Shown here one piece after another: positions 18,020-26,988 of a stretch of DNA of 64,000 nt. Source of the DNA: Candidatus Micrarchaeia archaeon (GTDB lineage: Archaea > Micrarchaeota > Micrarchaeia > Burarchaeales > Fermentimicrarchaeaceae); NCBI GenBank assembly GCA_038871515.1, contig JAVZHX010000001.1, positions 318,915 to 382,914 on the forward strand, given 5' to 3'. The number at the start of each line of letters is the position of its first letter. Position 1 is the stretch's first letter. The notes beneath the pieces are model-generated. The model ran no database searches, was not told where the DNA came from, and was given only the letters and a program-made list of their open reading frames with translations. The translations under genes were made by a program, and so were the position numbers.

Positions 18020-19549
18020 TTGAAGAGGTGGAAAGTGAGCGAAAGTTACTTCAGATACGAAAGAATCGCGCCCAGGGAGTACCAGCGCAGGATAGCGGAA
18101 AACGTGCTTGCAAAAGGGAATTCGTTAGTGATACTCCCAACTGGGCTTGGGAAAACTGCAATTGCGCTTCTTGTTGCAGATAGATATTTGCAGGAAGGGA
18201 AAAGAGTGCTCTTCCTTGCGCCAACAAAACCACTCTGCGAGCAGCACAGGAAGAGCTTTGAGGAGCTGATGAAGCTTGAGAGTGGGGATGTGGTTCTTAT
18301 AACAGGAGAGCTGAACGCCGAAAAACGCAGAGGGATGTGGGAGGCTGGAAAGGTGGTTGTTGCAACTCCGCAGTGCGTGAAAAATGATTTGAAGAAAGGG
18401 AGAATGAAGCTGAATTTTGGGTTGGTGGTGCTTGACGAGGTGCACAGAGCTGTTGGCAACTATGCGTATACATTTGTTGCTGAGGAGTGCAGAAAGGAAG
18501 GGTTGCACCTGCTTGGTTTAACTGCTTCTCCGGGAAGCTCAAAGGAGAAAATTGAAACGATGAGCCAGCTGCTTGGGGTGAAAAACATAGAGATAAGAGA
18601 TGAAATGGATGAGGATGTAAGGAAATACGTTCAACCAATTGAAATAAAATGGGAAACTGTTGAACTGCCAGCCGAGATGGATGAGATAAGGAAGTTGCTT
18701 GAAGCAATAATAGAGGAGAGGATGGAAGTTCTGAGGAAGTTTGAGTGGATAAGGGCGAAGAGCTTTCGCTCATTAAGCAAAAAAGTTTTACTACAGGTGA
18801 GGGAGAGAATTGAGAGGAGCACTGGTGGAGTTAGGTATATGGGGTTGTCGCAGCACGCAGCGCTTATGAATTTACTGCATGCGCATGAGCTGCTTGAAAC
18901 GCAGGGCGCATCTGCTTTTATAGAGTTTTTCAATAGAATGGAGAGTAAGGAGAAGAAAAGCAAAGCGGTGGTGAGAATACTGAAGGATGAGAGAATTAAG
19001 CTTGCTTTGAAAAAGGCGTCAGAGCTGAAGTTTGACCATCCCAAGCTTGAAAAGCTTTGCCAGCTGATAGGAGAAAGAAAAGATAGAATGTATATTGTTT
19101 TCGTTCAGTACAGGGATCAGATTAGAAAGGTTGTTGAAGAATTGAATAAAATTTCTGGCGTTAAAGCTGAGAGGTTTGTTGGGAAGAGGGAGGGAGTTAC
19201 CCAGGAGGAGCAGAAGCGCACAATTGAGAGATTTAGAAACAGGGAGTTCAATGTCCTGGTTGCAAGCTCGATAGGAGAGGAAGGTTTGGATATACCTGCT
19301 GTTGACACCGTTGTTTTTTACGAGCCAATCCCCAGCGAGATAAGGAATATACAGAGAAGGGGAAGAACTGCAAGGACAAGAGCTGGAGAAGTTGTAATAT
19401 TGATAACAAAAGGGACGAGAGATGAGGCTTATTACTGGGTTTCAAGGAGCAGAGAGAGGAAAATGAGGAGAATTGTGAAGGGGATGCAGAGCATGCTTGG
19501 TAGAGTTAAAGTGAGGAGCAGTCAGAGCAAACTCACTGACTTCAGCTAG
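18020..19549 (+). CDS. hef: Hef/FANCM-type SF2 helicase, helicase domains only, with no XPF nuclease domain
   Basis: REYQRRIAENVLAKGNSLVILPTGLGKTAIA is motif I, VLDEVHRAVG is DEVH, and QRRGRTAR is motif VI. The protein ends after helicase domain 2 with no ERCC4 or HhH2 domains. Confidence 0.75.
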   Translation: MKRWKVSESYFRYERIAPREYQRRIAENVLAKGNSLVILPTGLGKTAIALLVADRYLQEGKRVLFLAPTKPLCEQHRKSFEELMKLESGDVVLITGELNAEKRRGMWEAGKVVVATPQCVKNDLKKGRMKLNFGLVVLDEVHRAVGNYAYTFVAEECRKEGLHLLGLTASPGSSKEKIETMSQLLGVKNIEIRDEMDEDVRKYVQPIEIKWETVELPAEMDEIRKLLEAIIEERMEVLRKFEWIRAKSFRSLSKKVLLQVRERIERSTGGVRYMGLSQHAALMNLLHAHELLETQGASAFIEFFNRMESKEKKSKAVVRILKDERIKLALKKASELKFDHPKLEKLCQLIGERKDRMYIVFVQYRDQIRKVVEELNKISGVKAERFVGKREGVTQEEQKRTIERFRNREFNVLVASSIGEEGLDIPAVDTVVFYEPIPSEIRNIQRRGRTARTRAGEVVILITKGTRDEAYYWVSRSRERKMRRIVKGMQSMLGRVKVRSSQSKLTDFS

Positions 19550-19818
19550 AAAACCGGCACTCCAAAAAATTTTAGAATGAGCATTGTTGCAAGAGCGGGC
19601 AAGCCAAGCAGTGCAACTGGCACGATGTGCGGCCAGAGAGGTATGTTTATCCCTATAAGTTTAAGGAGGAAGAATAGAACAACTCCAACAAGAGAGTTTA
19701 AGATGATTGTTACCAGCCATTTCACCGCAATTCTCGCCAGCCTGAAAAACAATGCTATGCCAAAAATTATGAAGAAGAGTATTATGAATAAAACTGATGC
19801 AAGGATAAAATCTGGCAT
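19546..19818 (-). CDS. Small two-TM membrane protein of unknown function
   Basis: 90 aa and hydrophobic, overlapping the hef stop by 4 nt on the opposite strand. No homology recognised. Confidence 0.35.
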   Translation of the reverse strand: MPDFILASVLFIILFFIIFGIALFFRLARIAVKWLVTIILNSLVGVVLFFLLKLIGINIPLWPHIVPVALLGLPALATMLILKFFGVPVF

Positions 19819-19887
19819 AAAATCACCTAAGTTTTATCTGCTGGCGAGTTTAAAAAGTTATTTAAACTTCCTAATTCATAATGTTAA

Positions 19888-20132
19888 GCGAGTGATGAGC
19901 CGACAGCTTTCCCGCAAGGGAGGAAGTTCCACCCATCGCGAAAGCTTGGGAACCTAAGGTTCGGACGGGAACAGAAACAAGACTGGCTGATTCAAATGAG
20001 AATGAAGCAATGAGATGAATCAGGACAGGTGAAAAGCGCCCGTTGCAAAAGCGAGATGTGCGATGCAAGGCTTTGAGCCGCTTAGTCAAATGCTGTCTAA
20101 AACAAAAGGTGGGCTATGGCTCGTCACTCACT
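19888..20132 (+). ncRNA. rnpB: RNase P RNA candidate (compact, about 245 nt)
   Basis: A terminal P1 helix forms between 5' GCGAGUGAUGAGCC and 3' GGCUCGUCACUC. Conserved-region-like elements are AGGGAGGAAGUUCCACCC (a CR-I/P4 5'-strand analogue of GGAAAGUCCGGGC) and ACAGAAACAAGACUGGCU (CR-IV ACAGAA...GGCU). Overlapping ORFs on both strands look spurious. A U-rich tract follows. Confidence 0.55.
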
Positions 20133-20171
20133 TCGGTTTAAGTTTACTTTAATTTATAACTCAATAATCGT

Positions 20172-20184
20172 TTCTTTTTTTCCT
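20172..20184 (+). terminator. Oligo-T tract (TTTCTTTTTTTCC) downstream of the RNase P RNA
   Basis: Archaeal terminators are typically oligo-T runs, and this one lies about 40 nt past the P1 3' strand. Confidence 0.3.
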
Positions 20185-20273
20185 TATTCAAGGTAGCAAA
20201 CATTTTAACCAAATGAATACCATAACTTTTCCTCTACGTATCATATTTGTGCGTGATTTGTGAGCAACTCCAA

Positions 20274-20693
20274 CTACTTCCGCGAGAGCGCCTTGTGAAA
20301 AAGATCTTCCGCATACTCCAGCGCATGCTCAAGCTCCTTTTCATCAAAAGAGCCGTAGCGGTAGCCAGCTTGGTGCAGCTTGGCGGCGCAGGCAAGGTAT
20401 TCATTATATTCCGCTTCGGAGAGAATCTTCTTTCTGAGGAGGTTATCCCTCACGAGGAACTGCAACGCGAGCCTGCCGCTGAACTCCCTCTCCTTGCCGG
20501 GGTAAGTTATCTTTTTTATTCCTTCCTCGTAAAGCATTGCCTCCAGCGAGTTCTCTATTGCGCGGAATATCTCCTCTGCCGCAACGAACAGCCTGTCCTC
20601 CTCCAGATTCTTCTTGGCGGAGAGCAGGTATTCCTCAGCCTTCTCAAGCGCCCATCTGACCAAATCTTCTCGGCTTTCTGCCATAAAGCTCAA
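20274..20693 (-). CDS. HEPN-domain protein, the putative toxin of a HEPN/MNT pair
   Basis: 139 aa and all-alpha. It shows the HEPN-like pattern, including a C-terminal LHQAGYRYG region. It overlaps the upstream MNT gene by 50 nt. Confidence 0.65.
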   Translation of the reverse strand: MSFMAESREDLVRWALEKAEEYLLSAKKNLEEDRLFVAAEEIFRAIENSLEAMLYEEGIKKITYPGKEREFSGRLALQFLVRDNLLRKKILSEAEYNEYLACAAKLHQAGYRYGSFDEKELEHALEYAEDLFHKALSRK

Positions 20694-21372
20694 CTCCTTC
20701 AGTTTGAACAGTTGTTATGAAACCATCCTTCCGCTCAAGCGCATTAACATACTCCTTTCTTGTCATTACTAGCGGGTAGCAGATGAAACCATAAGCAAGG
20801 CTGATTTCATTATTTATGTAGTCAATCAAACTGTTGAAAAGCCTCTCCTTCTCCTCATCATTCCTTAGTATGAAGACCATGTCTATATCGCTCGGCGAAT
20901 GCGCTATGTCGCTCCTTGCTTTTCCCTTTGCTACGCTCCCTATAAGGATGACTGCTTCAAGGCTTTTTGAGTGCGAGGCTGCAAATGCTGTTATTCTCTT
21001 TGCAGCTTCAAGGTAGACTTTTCCCAAATCCTTGAATAACCGCTCCAACGAGCGGAAGAGGAAATGCTTTCGGTTTATGGAGTAAACTTTTGTCTTGCCA
21101 ACCCTCTCAAGGTGCACCAGCCCGCTTCCAACAAGCTCCGGCATCTGGCGGTTTATCTCAGAGATGGCGGCTCCGGCATTTCTGGCTAGCTCCTTCTCAA
21201 TGTAACGCTTGTCTGGAGAGTTTACGAGAAGGTTCAGGACGCTTACCTTCGTGCTTGTGCCGAGGATTTTTTCAAGGTACATCACATCACTTTCGGTTTT
21301 CAGAATTATATTTCGGAAATAAGAAATATAAGCGTTTTGGTAGGTGATGTAAGTAGAAGGTCTCACTCGCAT
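20644..21372 (-). CDS. Minimal nucleotidyltransferase (MNT) with an N-terminal winged HTH, the putative antitoxin or modifier
   Basis: The nucleotidyltransferase core is LIGSVAKGKARSDIAHSPSDIDMVFIL (GS...DxD). The N-terminal 100 aa form a wHTH (YIEKELARNAGAAISEINRQMPELVGSGLVH). Confidence 0.7.
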   Translation of the reverse strand: MRVRPSTYITYQNAYISYFRNIILKTESDVMYLEKILGTSTKVSVLNLLVNSPDKRYIEKELARNAGAAISEINRQMPELVGSGLVHLERVGKTKVYSINRKHFLFRSLERLFKDLGKVYLEAAKRITAFAASHSKSLEAVILIGSVAKGKARSDIAHSPSDIDMVFILRNDEEKERLFNSLIDYINNEISLAYGFICYPLVMTRKEYVNALERKDGFITTVQTEGVELYGRKPRRFGQMGA

Positions 21373-21459
21373 GTTGCACTGGTGATTAACTCTGGAACAT
21401 GATCGTCTTTTCTCCCCTCACTCTTTTAAATTTTCTACTTCACAACTAATATGCCAAGG

Positions 21460-21578
21460 GCCAAGGTAGCTCAGCCTGGTTAGAGCACCAGACTCATAAG
21501 CTCAGCTTAATGAGTGATGAGCGAAAAGCGATGATGTGGGCAATCTGGGTGTCGCGAGTTCAAATCTCGCCCTTGGCA
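21460..21578 (+). tRNA. tRNA-Met (elongator) or tRNA-Ile2, anticodon CAU, with a ~44-nt intron at the canonical 37/38 position
   Basis: Exons: GCCAAGGUAGCUCAGCCUGGUUAGAGCACCAGACUCAUA, then the intron, then AUCUGGGUGUCGCGAGUUCAAAUCUCGCCCUUGGCA. The acceptor stem GCCAAGG/CCUUGGC is fully paired. The G1-C72 pair argues against an initiator. The intron AGCUCAGCUUAAUGAGUGAUGAGCGAAAAGCGAUGAUGUGGGCA pairs with the anticodon (AAUGAGU vs ACUCAUA) to form a BHB motif. Confidence 0.7.
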
Positions 21579-22796
21579 CTATTTCTTCTTGGAATGTGAC
21601 TCCAGCCACTCGTTGAACTCCTTCTCCAAATCCTCTGTCATGGGTGGAATTGAAGGAGGCGGGGAGGGAGGAGCTTGCGGAGTTGTTTTGGTTGGTTTTA
21701 CCTCTTTCACCCTTGACAGAAGCAGCGCAGCAACAGCCGCAATAATAATGATGATTATGAGAAATGCCCCTCCAATAATCAATAAGGTATAATCAGGTGG
21801 CTGCTCTTCCTCCTTACTTGTATTCTGAACTGCTGGTGGGATAACGGTTTGGTTTGTTTTATTTTCAATGCACTTTCCTATTGATTTCACTGAAAGCAGA
21901 ATTGACTCGTTTGCAGAAGACAATTTTGAGAAAGCCAAAGCATAATTATCAACCGAAACTGCCTCCTCAGCATCCTTCAAAGAGGAATTTGCGCTTCGCA
22001 GAGCTGCTTCAGAAAGGGTTACGTTCGCACCGCACTTTTTACCTTGCAGAACAACCTCTGCAACTGAGGCAACTCTTGCTTTTGTGCTGTTTATAAGTGA
22101 AACTGCATCCGTGCAGTTCTTTTTAAGCTGCATAAAAGATGCGTTTGCCTGCTGAAGAAGAGTTGATGCGTTGAGCACATAATTCCACGCAGAAGTAAGG
22201 CTGCATACCCTGAGGGAAGTGTTCGCATTATACAGATTGTAGAGGGAATGCTGGAGGAACTGCAGACTTCGGTTCATACCGCAACACAAGTTATTATAAC
22301 ATCTGCTCCCAAGCTCAACGTTGAACTTCTCCATAGCAAACTCAACTTCCTTCATCCTTGAAACAATATTCTCCTCATACGGCGATGTATGGTAGTCAAG
22401 CGTAACCTCAACCATCCTCATATACTCCTCAAACCCATCACTTCCAATCGCTTTAACCCATGTCTTTGCGGTGCCGTTTAAACCGCCCATCATGGTCGCC
22501 AGTGATAGTGAACAGCTTGTATACCCTCTTGGCGGAACAGTGGTTGTCCCACCGCTGCATCTCAGCTTCTCCCCCTTTCTGAAGGAACCTGTGCTCAAAT
22601 CATACCACTCATACGAAAGATAGAGAGTGCGGTAGGATGGGTTTTGGAGGGAGAAGGAAATCTCCATGGTGTTTGGAGTGCCATCCGCCTTGCAGTTGCA
22701 CCCTGAGAAGTAAGGAGCGCCAACCAATTCAATTTCAAGCTGTGCCGCAGAGACAACGCTCACCAGAAACAGGAAGGTAAGGAACCTGCTTCTCAT
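21579..22796 (-). CDS. Surface (glyco)protein with a signal peptide, many N-glycosylation sequons, a C-terminal TM helix and a Pro-rich cytoplasmic tail
   Basis: Signal MRSRFLTFLFLVSVVSAA. More than 15 NxS/T sequons. TM helix LLIIGGAFLIIIIIIAAVAALLL, followed by PPSPPPSIPP. Confidence 0.5.
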   Translation of the reverse strand: MRSRFLTFLFLVSVVSAAQLEIELVGAPYFSGCNCKADGTPNTMEISFSLQNPSYRTLYLSYEWYDLSTGSFRKGEKLRCSGGTTTVPPRGYTSCSLSLATMMGGLNGTAKTWVKAIGSDGFEEYMRMVEVTLDYHTSPYEENIVSRMKEVEFAMEKFNVELGSRCYNNLCCGMNRSLQFLQHSLYNLYNANTSLRVCSLTSAWNYVLNASTLLQQANASFMQLKKNCTDAVSLINSTKARVASVAEVVLQGKKCGANVTLSEAALRSANSSLKDAEEAVSVDNYALAFSKLSSANESILLSVKSIGKCIENKTNQTVIPPAVQNTSKEEEQPPDYTLLIIGGAFLIIIIIIAAVAALLLSRVKEVKPTKTTPQAPPSPPPSIPPMTEDLEKEFNEWLESHSKKK

Positions 22797-22859
22797 TTGT
22801 TCACCACCTAAATTTCTGGAGAATGAAGTATTTAAGGCTTAGTCATAAAAAATAGAAGT

Positions 22860-23588
22860 ATGATACCTGAGAACCACCCAAGAAGAAAATCCCTTCTTCT
22901 GAGAGAGAAGCTCATAAGGGGTTACAGAGAAGGTATTGTTTGCGAAGCTGGTCTGATTGCCCATGGAAGAGGGGAGGCTTTTGACTATCTTCTTGGCGAG
23001 AGAACAAGAAAGCCAGCCAGAAAGGCGATAAGGGCAGCTGCAGCCGCACTGCTTCTCGCAAAGCATCCGGTGATTTCTGTTAATGGAAATGCTGCAGCGC
23101 TTGCAGCAGAAGAAATTGCAAAGCTTGCAAAGGAGTTGAACTGCAAAGTTGAAGTGAATTTATTCTACAGAACTCAGAGAAGAGCTGAAAAAATAGCAAA
23201 AAAGCTTAGAAAGGCTGGCGTGAAGGAAGTGCTAGGAGTAAACGATGCAACTGCGAGAATACCTGAGCTTTTCAGCGAAAGAAGAAAGGTGAGCAGGAAG
23301 GGAATTTACAAAGCAGATTGTGTTTTAATTCCACTTGAGGATGGGGATAGGTGTGAGGCGCTTGTGAGGATGGGGAAAAGAACAATTGCAGTTGATTTAA
23401 ACCCACTTTCAAGGACTGCTGTTAAAGCAGATATAACAATAGTTGATGAAGTAACAAGGGCGCTTCCACTTCTGCTTGAAGAAGTGAAGAAGCTGAAAAA
23501 GAAAAGCAAAGGATATCTTGCTTCAATTCTGAAAAAGTATAATAACAAAAAAACTCTTGAGGAGAGCAGAAAACTAATAAATCTTTGA
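22860..23588 (+). CDS. Conserved archaeal protein, possibly 4-phosphopantoate--beta-alanine ligase (phosphopantothenate synthetase, COG1701-like)
   Basis: The N-terminal block [36 protein letters not shown] resembles, from memory, the archaeal phosphopantothenate synthetase family. This cannot be verified without a database search. Confidence 0.4.
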   Translation: MIPENHPRRKSLLLREKLIRGYREGIVCEAGLIAHGRGEAFDYLLGERTRKPARKAIRAAAAALLLAKHPVISVNGNAAALAAEEIAKLAKELNCKVEVNLFYRTQRRAEKIAKKLRKAGVKEVLGVNDATARIPELFSERRKVSRKGIYKADCVLIPLEDGDRCEALVRMGKRTIAVDLNPLSRTAVKADITIVDEVTRALPLLLEEVKKLKKKSKGYLASILKKYNNKKTLEESRKLINL

Positions 23589-24866
23589 CTGAAGAGGCTT
23601 GCTGTATACAATCTTTCCTCTTGAAACTGTCATAACAGGCATTCCGACAACCTGGAACCCTTCAAAAGGAGTCCACTTGCACTTTGTGTATAAATCCTTC
23701 CCATGTATCTCATACTTCTTTTTCAAATCAACCACAACAATATCCGCATCGCTTCCCTCTGCAAGCACCCCTTTCTGTGGGTATAAACCCATTCTTTTTG
23801 CTGGGTTGATGCACATAAGTTTTGTAAGCTGATAGAGAGTTATCAACTTTCTTTTAACTGCGGTGAGCATAAGCGGAAGCATTGTTTCAATCCCAGGCAC
23901 ACCCGCAGGTGCTTCCCAGTAATGTTTTCTTTTCTCCTCCTTTGTATGAGGGGCATGGTCGCTTGCAACAATATTAACAACTCCCCTTGCTATTCCCTCC
24001 CACAAAGCTTCCTGATCTTCTCGGCTTCTCAGAGGGGCATTTACTTTGCCAAAGTTCCCCAGCTCCTTCATATTTTCTTCTGTTAGGAATAGATGATGGG
24101 GCGTCACATCGCACGTCACATCAACCTTCTTCTTCATACTTTTTATAAGTCTTATGGACTCTGCTGTTGAAACGTGAGTTATATGCAACTTCACACCTGT
24201 TTCCTTTGCAAGCTGCAGCGCTGTTGCAACTGCAATTGCTTCCGAAAAAGCTGGCCTTACCTGTGAGTGTATCGCTGGGTCGCTCTTCTTTTTAAACTTC
24301 TCAGCCAGATGAATGTTTATCTCCGCATCCTCAGCATGCGTTATTGCAACCTTCCCTGTTTTTGCTATTTCTTTATACGCTTCGTAAAGCTCTGCTTTGT
24401 CTATCTGAAGCTCCCCAAAGGATTCGCACATGAATATTTCCCCGTATGCGCCAACTGCACCTGCCATCCCTGCAAGCTCGTGAATGTTTCCCTTTCTAAC
24501 TCCCCCACATATTCTGAAATCTATCTTGCATTTCTCCTCAGCAATCTTTCTTTTCTCCTCAACTCTCTGAAGAGTTGTTGTTGGTGGCATGGTGTTTGGC
24601 ATGTCGAAAACAAGAGTCACTCCTCCGTGAGCAGCTGCTCTGCTTCCGCTCTCCCAATCCTCCTTGTAAGTTGCTCCAGGATCGCGGAAGTGGGCGTGTA
24701 TGTCAATTACGCCGGGCAGTATTAACTCATTTTTGAAAGCAACTGTCTTCTCAGCCTCCCCTATACTTCTTCCTATTCTGGCTATTTTTCCCTCACTTAT
24801 CCCAATCTCGCACTGCACAACCCTCCTTTTGAGCAGCGCGTTTCCAACAAGCTTCAGCTCATACAT
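23574..24866 (-). CDS. pyrC: Dihydroorotase
   Basis: Amidohydrolase signature [12 protein letters not shown]. Metal ligands HxH...K...H...H...D are present ([14 protein letters not shown]). Confidence 0.8.
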   Translation of the reverse strand: MYELKLVGNALLKRRVVQCEIGISEGKIARIGRSIGEAEKTVAFKNELILPGVIDIHAHFRDPGATYKEDWESGSRAAAHGGVTLVFDMPNTMPPTTTLQRVEEKRKIAEEKCKIDFRICGGVRKGNIHELAGMAGAVGAYGEIFMCESFGELQIDKAELYEAYKEIAKTGKVAITHAEDAEINIHLAEKFKKKSDPAIHSQVRPAFSEAIAVATALQLAKETGVKLHITHVSTAESIRLIKSMKKKVDVTCDVTPHHLFLTEENMKELGNFGKVNAPLRSREDQEALWEGIARGVVNIVASDHAPHTKEEKRKHYWEAPAGVPGIETMLPLMLTAVKRKLITLYQLTKLMCINPAKRMGLYPQKGVLAEGSDADIVVVDLKKKYEIHGKDLYTKCKWTPFEGFQVVGMPVMTVSRGKIVYSKPLQSKIY

Positions 24867-24902
24867 GCAACCACTATTTTATTAACTGTTCCATTTAAAT
24901 TT

Positions 24903-25433
24903 ATGGCTACTCTGACTGAGCTTGGCGTAAGACAGGTTGCTGGCCCTATTACACAGTTCATCGCAAACCAGAAGATTGAGCTTTTCACAGTTCTTTCCCT
25001 TTACGTTGATTATTATTTGTATTTCATTCTCCCTCTTTCATTAATTTTCTTCTATAAAAAAACAGGCAAAAGAAGAGTATTATCGCTTGTTGTTGGGCTG
25101 TTGCTTGTTTACCTGTCTGTTTCATCAATTAAAAATATCTATAAACAACCAAGACCGTGTGATGTATACACAAAAGTTTGGTGCCCTTCTGATTACTCCT
25201 TCCCAAGCGGGCACTCCGCAGTTGCTTTCGCATTTGTGTTTTTTTCTTTGGGAACAGCTGCTTTTCCATTCTACTATGCCAGTGCATTTATTGTTGTTTT
25301 AAGCAGAATGTACTTGGGAGTTCATACTTTGAATGATGTTATTGGCGGTGCAGTTGTTGGCATTTTCATGTATCACATTGCTGAGAAGGTGGTTGAGGCA
25401 TGCTTGAGATACGCAGGAGAGCTATCCATATAA
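24903..25433 (+). CDS. PAP2-family (type 2 phosphatidic acid / polyprenyl-diphosphate) phosphatase
   Basis: PAP2 motifs are KQPRP, PSGHS (SFPSGHSAVAF) and SRMYLGVHTLNDVIGG. Confidence 0.75.
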   Translation: MATLTELGVRQVAGPITQFIANQKIELFTVLSLYVDYYLYFILPLSLIFFYKKTGKRRVLSLVVGLLLVYLSVSSIKNIYKQPRPCDVYTKVWCPSDYSFPSGHSAVAFAFVFFSLGTAAFPFYYASAFIVVLSRMYLGVHTLNDVIGGAVVGIFMYHIAEKVVEACLRYAGELSI

Positions 25434-25972
25434 CGTTTGGCTTGCTCCTCATCGCTGCTCTTCTCCTCCGGGGGGAGGGAAACCGTGAGTTAATAGAAGG
25501 AGTGCTTTTTGCAGTTTTTCTTATTGGGCTTTGGATTATTGATATGAAGCTTAAGAAAAGAAAGCTTCCGGTTGTTGATTATTTGCTTGAAACATTTGAA
25601 AGGCCTCACGCACTGCCTGCATACGGCGCTTTCTGGTATGGAATGGGTGTTTTACTGCTTCTCTCCTTCGTTGGTGATTTAAACTTTATTTGCGCTTCCA
25701 TTGCAATTCTTGCATTGGGGGATGGTTTTTCAACTCTTATTGGAAGAATGGGGAACACTAGGTTTTTCTACAATAAAAAGAAAACTCTTGAGGGAAGCAT
25801 TGCTTTTTTCATTGTAAGTTCTTTCGCTTCTTATCCATTTATTGGTTTCAGCGGAGTTGTGCTCGCATTCATCTGTTCAGTTGCTGAAAGTATAGACTGG
25901 GGAGTTGATGATAATTTCATAATACCACTTATTTGTGTTGTGTATTATATGAGATTAATGTGGGCAGTTTGA
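25400..25972 (+). CDS. CTP-dependent membrane cytidylyltransferase/kinase family protein (CDP-archaeol synthase CarS-like or dolichol/polyprenol kinase-like)
   Basis: About 5 TM helices. The KKTLEGS motif resembles the KTxEG motif of CdsA, dolichol kinase and CarS. It overlaps the PAP2 gene by 34 nt. Confidence 0.4.
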   Translation: MLEIRRRAIHITFGLLLIAALLLRGEGNRELIEGVLFAVFLIGLWIIDMKLKKRKLPVVDYLLETFERPHALPAYGAFWYGMGVLLLLSFVGDLNFICASIAILALGDGFSTLIGRMGNTRFFYNKKKTLEGSIAFFIVSSFASYPFIGFSGVVLAFICSVAESIDWGVDDNFIIPLICVVYYMRLMWAV

Positions 25973-26956
25973 GGAGATTAAGCATGGACTATCGAAACCA
26001 GTTGCCGTTTCAGTTGCTGCGACTAAGTCAAATATAAGGATACTACTAACACCACAAGTGTCGGAGCACCAATGTACAAAAAGATTTGAGAGTGCACTAC
26101 CTGATGTATCAGTGAACGTTGGGTTGGGGTCTATGGTATAGTACAAACATTCAGGATCCGCACAGTTATCGCAGTATGAGGGGTTATTTCGCAGATAAAG
26201 AAAAACGGGGATATTCTTCATTGGAGAGTTAAATTGGTCTTTAACATTAATGTAAATTTTTAGTGGTTTAGTCAAGTTACATTCCCAGGTAGAACAGGAA
26301 TCTATGAAGGGATCGGAGCAGTTAACAAGAACGGTTATATACTTCGCTCTTGGTGGTGGGCAGTCCCATCCGCAGTTTGTATAATTTTCACCAAGAGCAG
26401 CATTACACACTCCATCCATGCAGTAGGGAGCAACGCCGGCAGGCATAAGCTCAAGGTTTGTAACCACTTTTCCGTATGATGTTCTATTTGTTCCATTTAT
26501 GCAGAAAAGCGCTCCAACCCCGCAGCTTGTGTAATTTAACATCACGCTGAACTTTGCTGATTTTCCAACAGATGGGACAACCTGCTTATCCTTAATATCA
26601 AATATGCAGAGTATCACATCGCCTGTTTTCACAATATCCGCAGGACCGGTGCAGTTGCCAGTATAGTTATTCACCCCGCTCTTCCCAACGTTTTCAACTG
26701 TTAGAACTTGCCTTTTATCGTAAAACATTATATCTCTCCCAACTCCATTTGTTAACTTCAGCACCACTCTCATCGTCCCATCAGTTTTTTTGAAAAACTG
26801 ATAGCTTGTGCAGGGAAACTCCATGCCAAAGTTGCATTCTGTGGGGGTTTGCTGTAAAGTTGAAATGAAATAAAACACAAAAACGATAAAAACAATAACT
26901 GCAAGAAGCGCCCATCCATAAGAGGTTAGGAACTCTATTCCGGCTTGCGCTTTCAT
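25955..26956 (-). CDS. Large Cys-rich pilin-like protein with a class III signal peptide
   Basis: The N-terminus MKAQAGIEFLTSYGWALLAVIVFIVFVFYF is a class III signal. The mature domain has about 20 Cys and several NxT sequons. Confidence 0.55.
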   Translation of the reverse strand: MKAQAGIEFLTSYGWALLAVIVFIVFVFYFISTLQQTPTECNFGMEFPCTSYQFFKKTDGTMRVVLKLTNGVGRDIMFYDKRQVLTVENVGKSGVNNYTGNCTGPADIVKTGDVILCIFDIKDKQVVPSVGKSAKFSVMLNYTSCGVGALFCINGTNRTSYGKVVTNLELMPAGVAPYCMDGVCNAALGENYTNCGWDCPPPRAKYITVLVNCSDPFIDSCSTWECNLTKPLKIYINVKDQFNSPMKNIPVFLYLRNNPSYCDNCADPECLYYTIDPNPTFTDTSGSALSNLFVHWCSDTCGVSSILIFDLVAATETATGFDSPCLISSNCPH

Positions 26957-26988
26957 GTTATTGATTAAAGGAGGAGGTATATAAATTG

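Noticed and set aside
19577-20089. ORFs 19577-19957 (+) and 19871-20089 (-)
   Set aside because: They overlap a region with clear RNase P RNA features (P1 helix, CR-I/CR-IV-like motifs). The translations are low-complexity.
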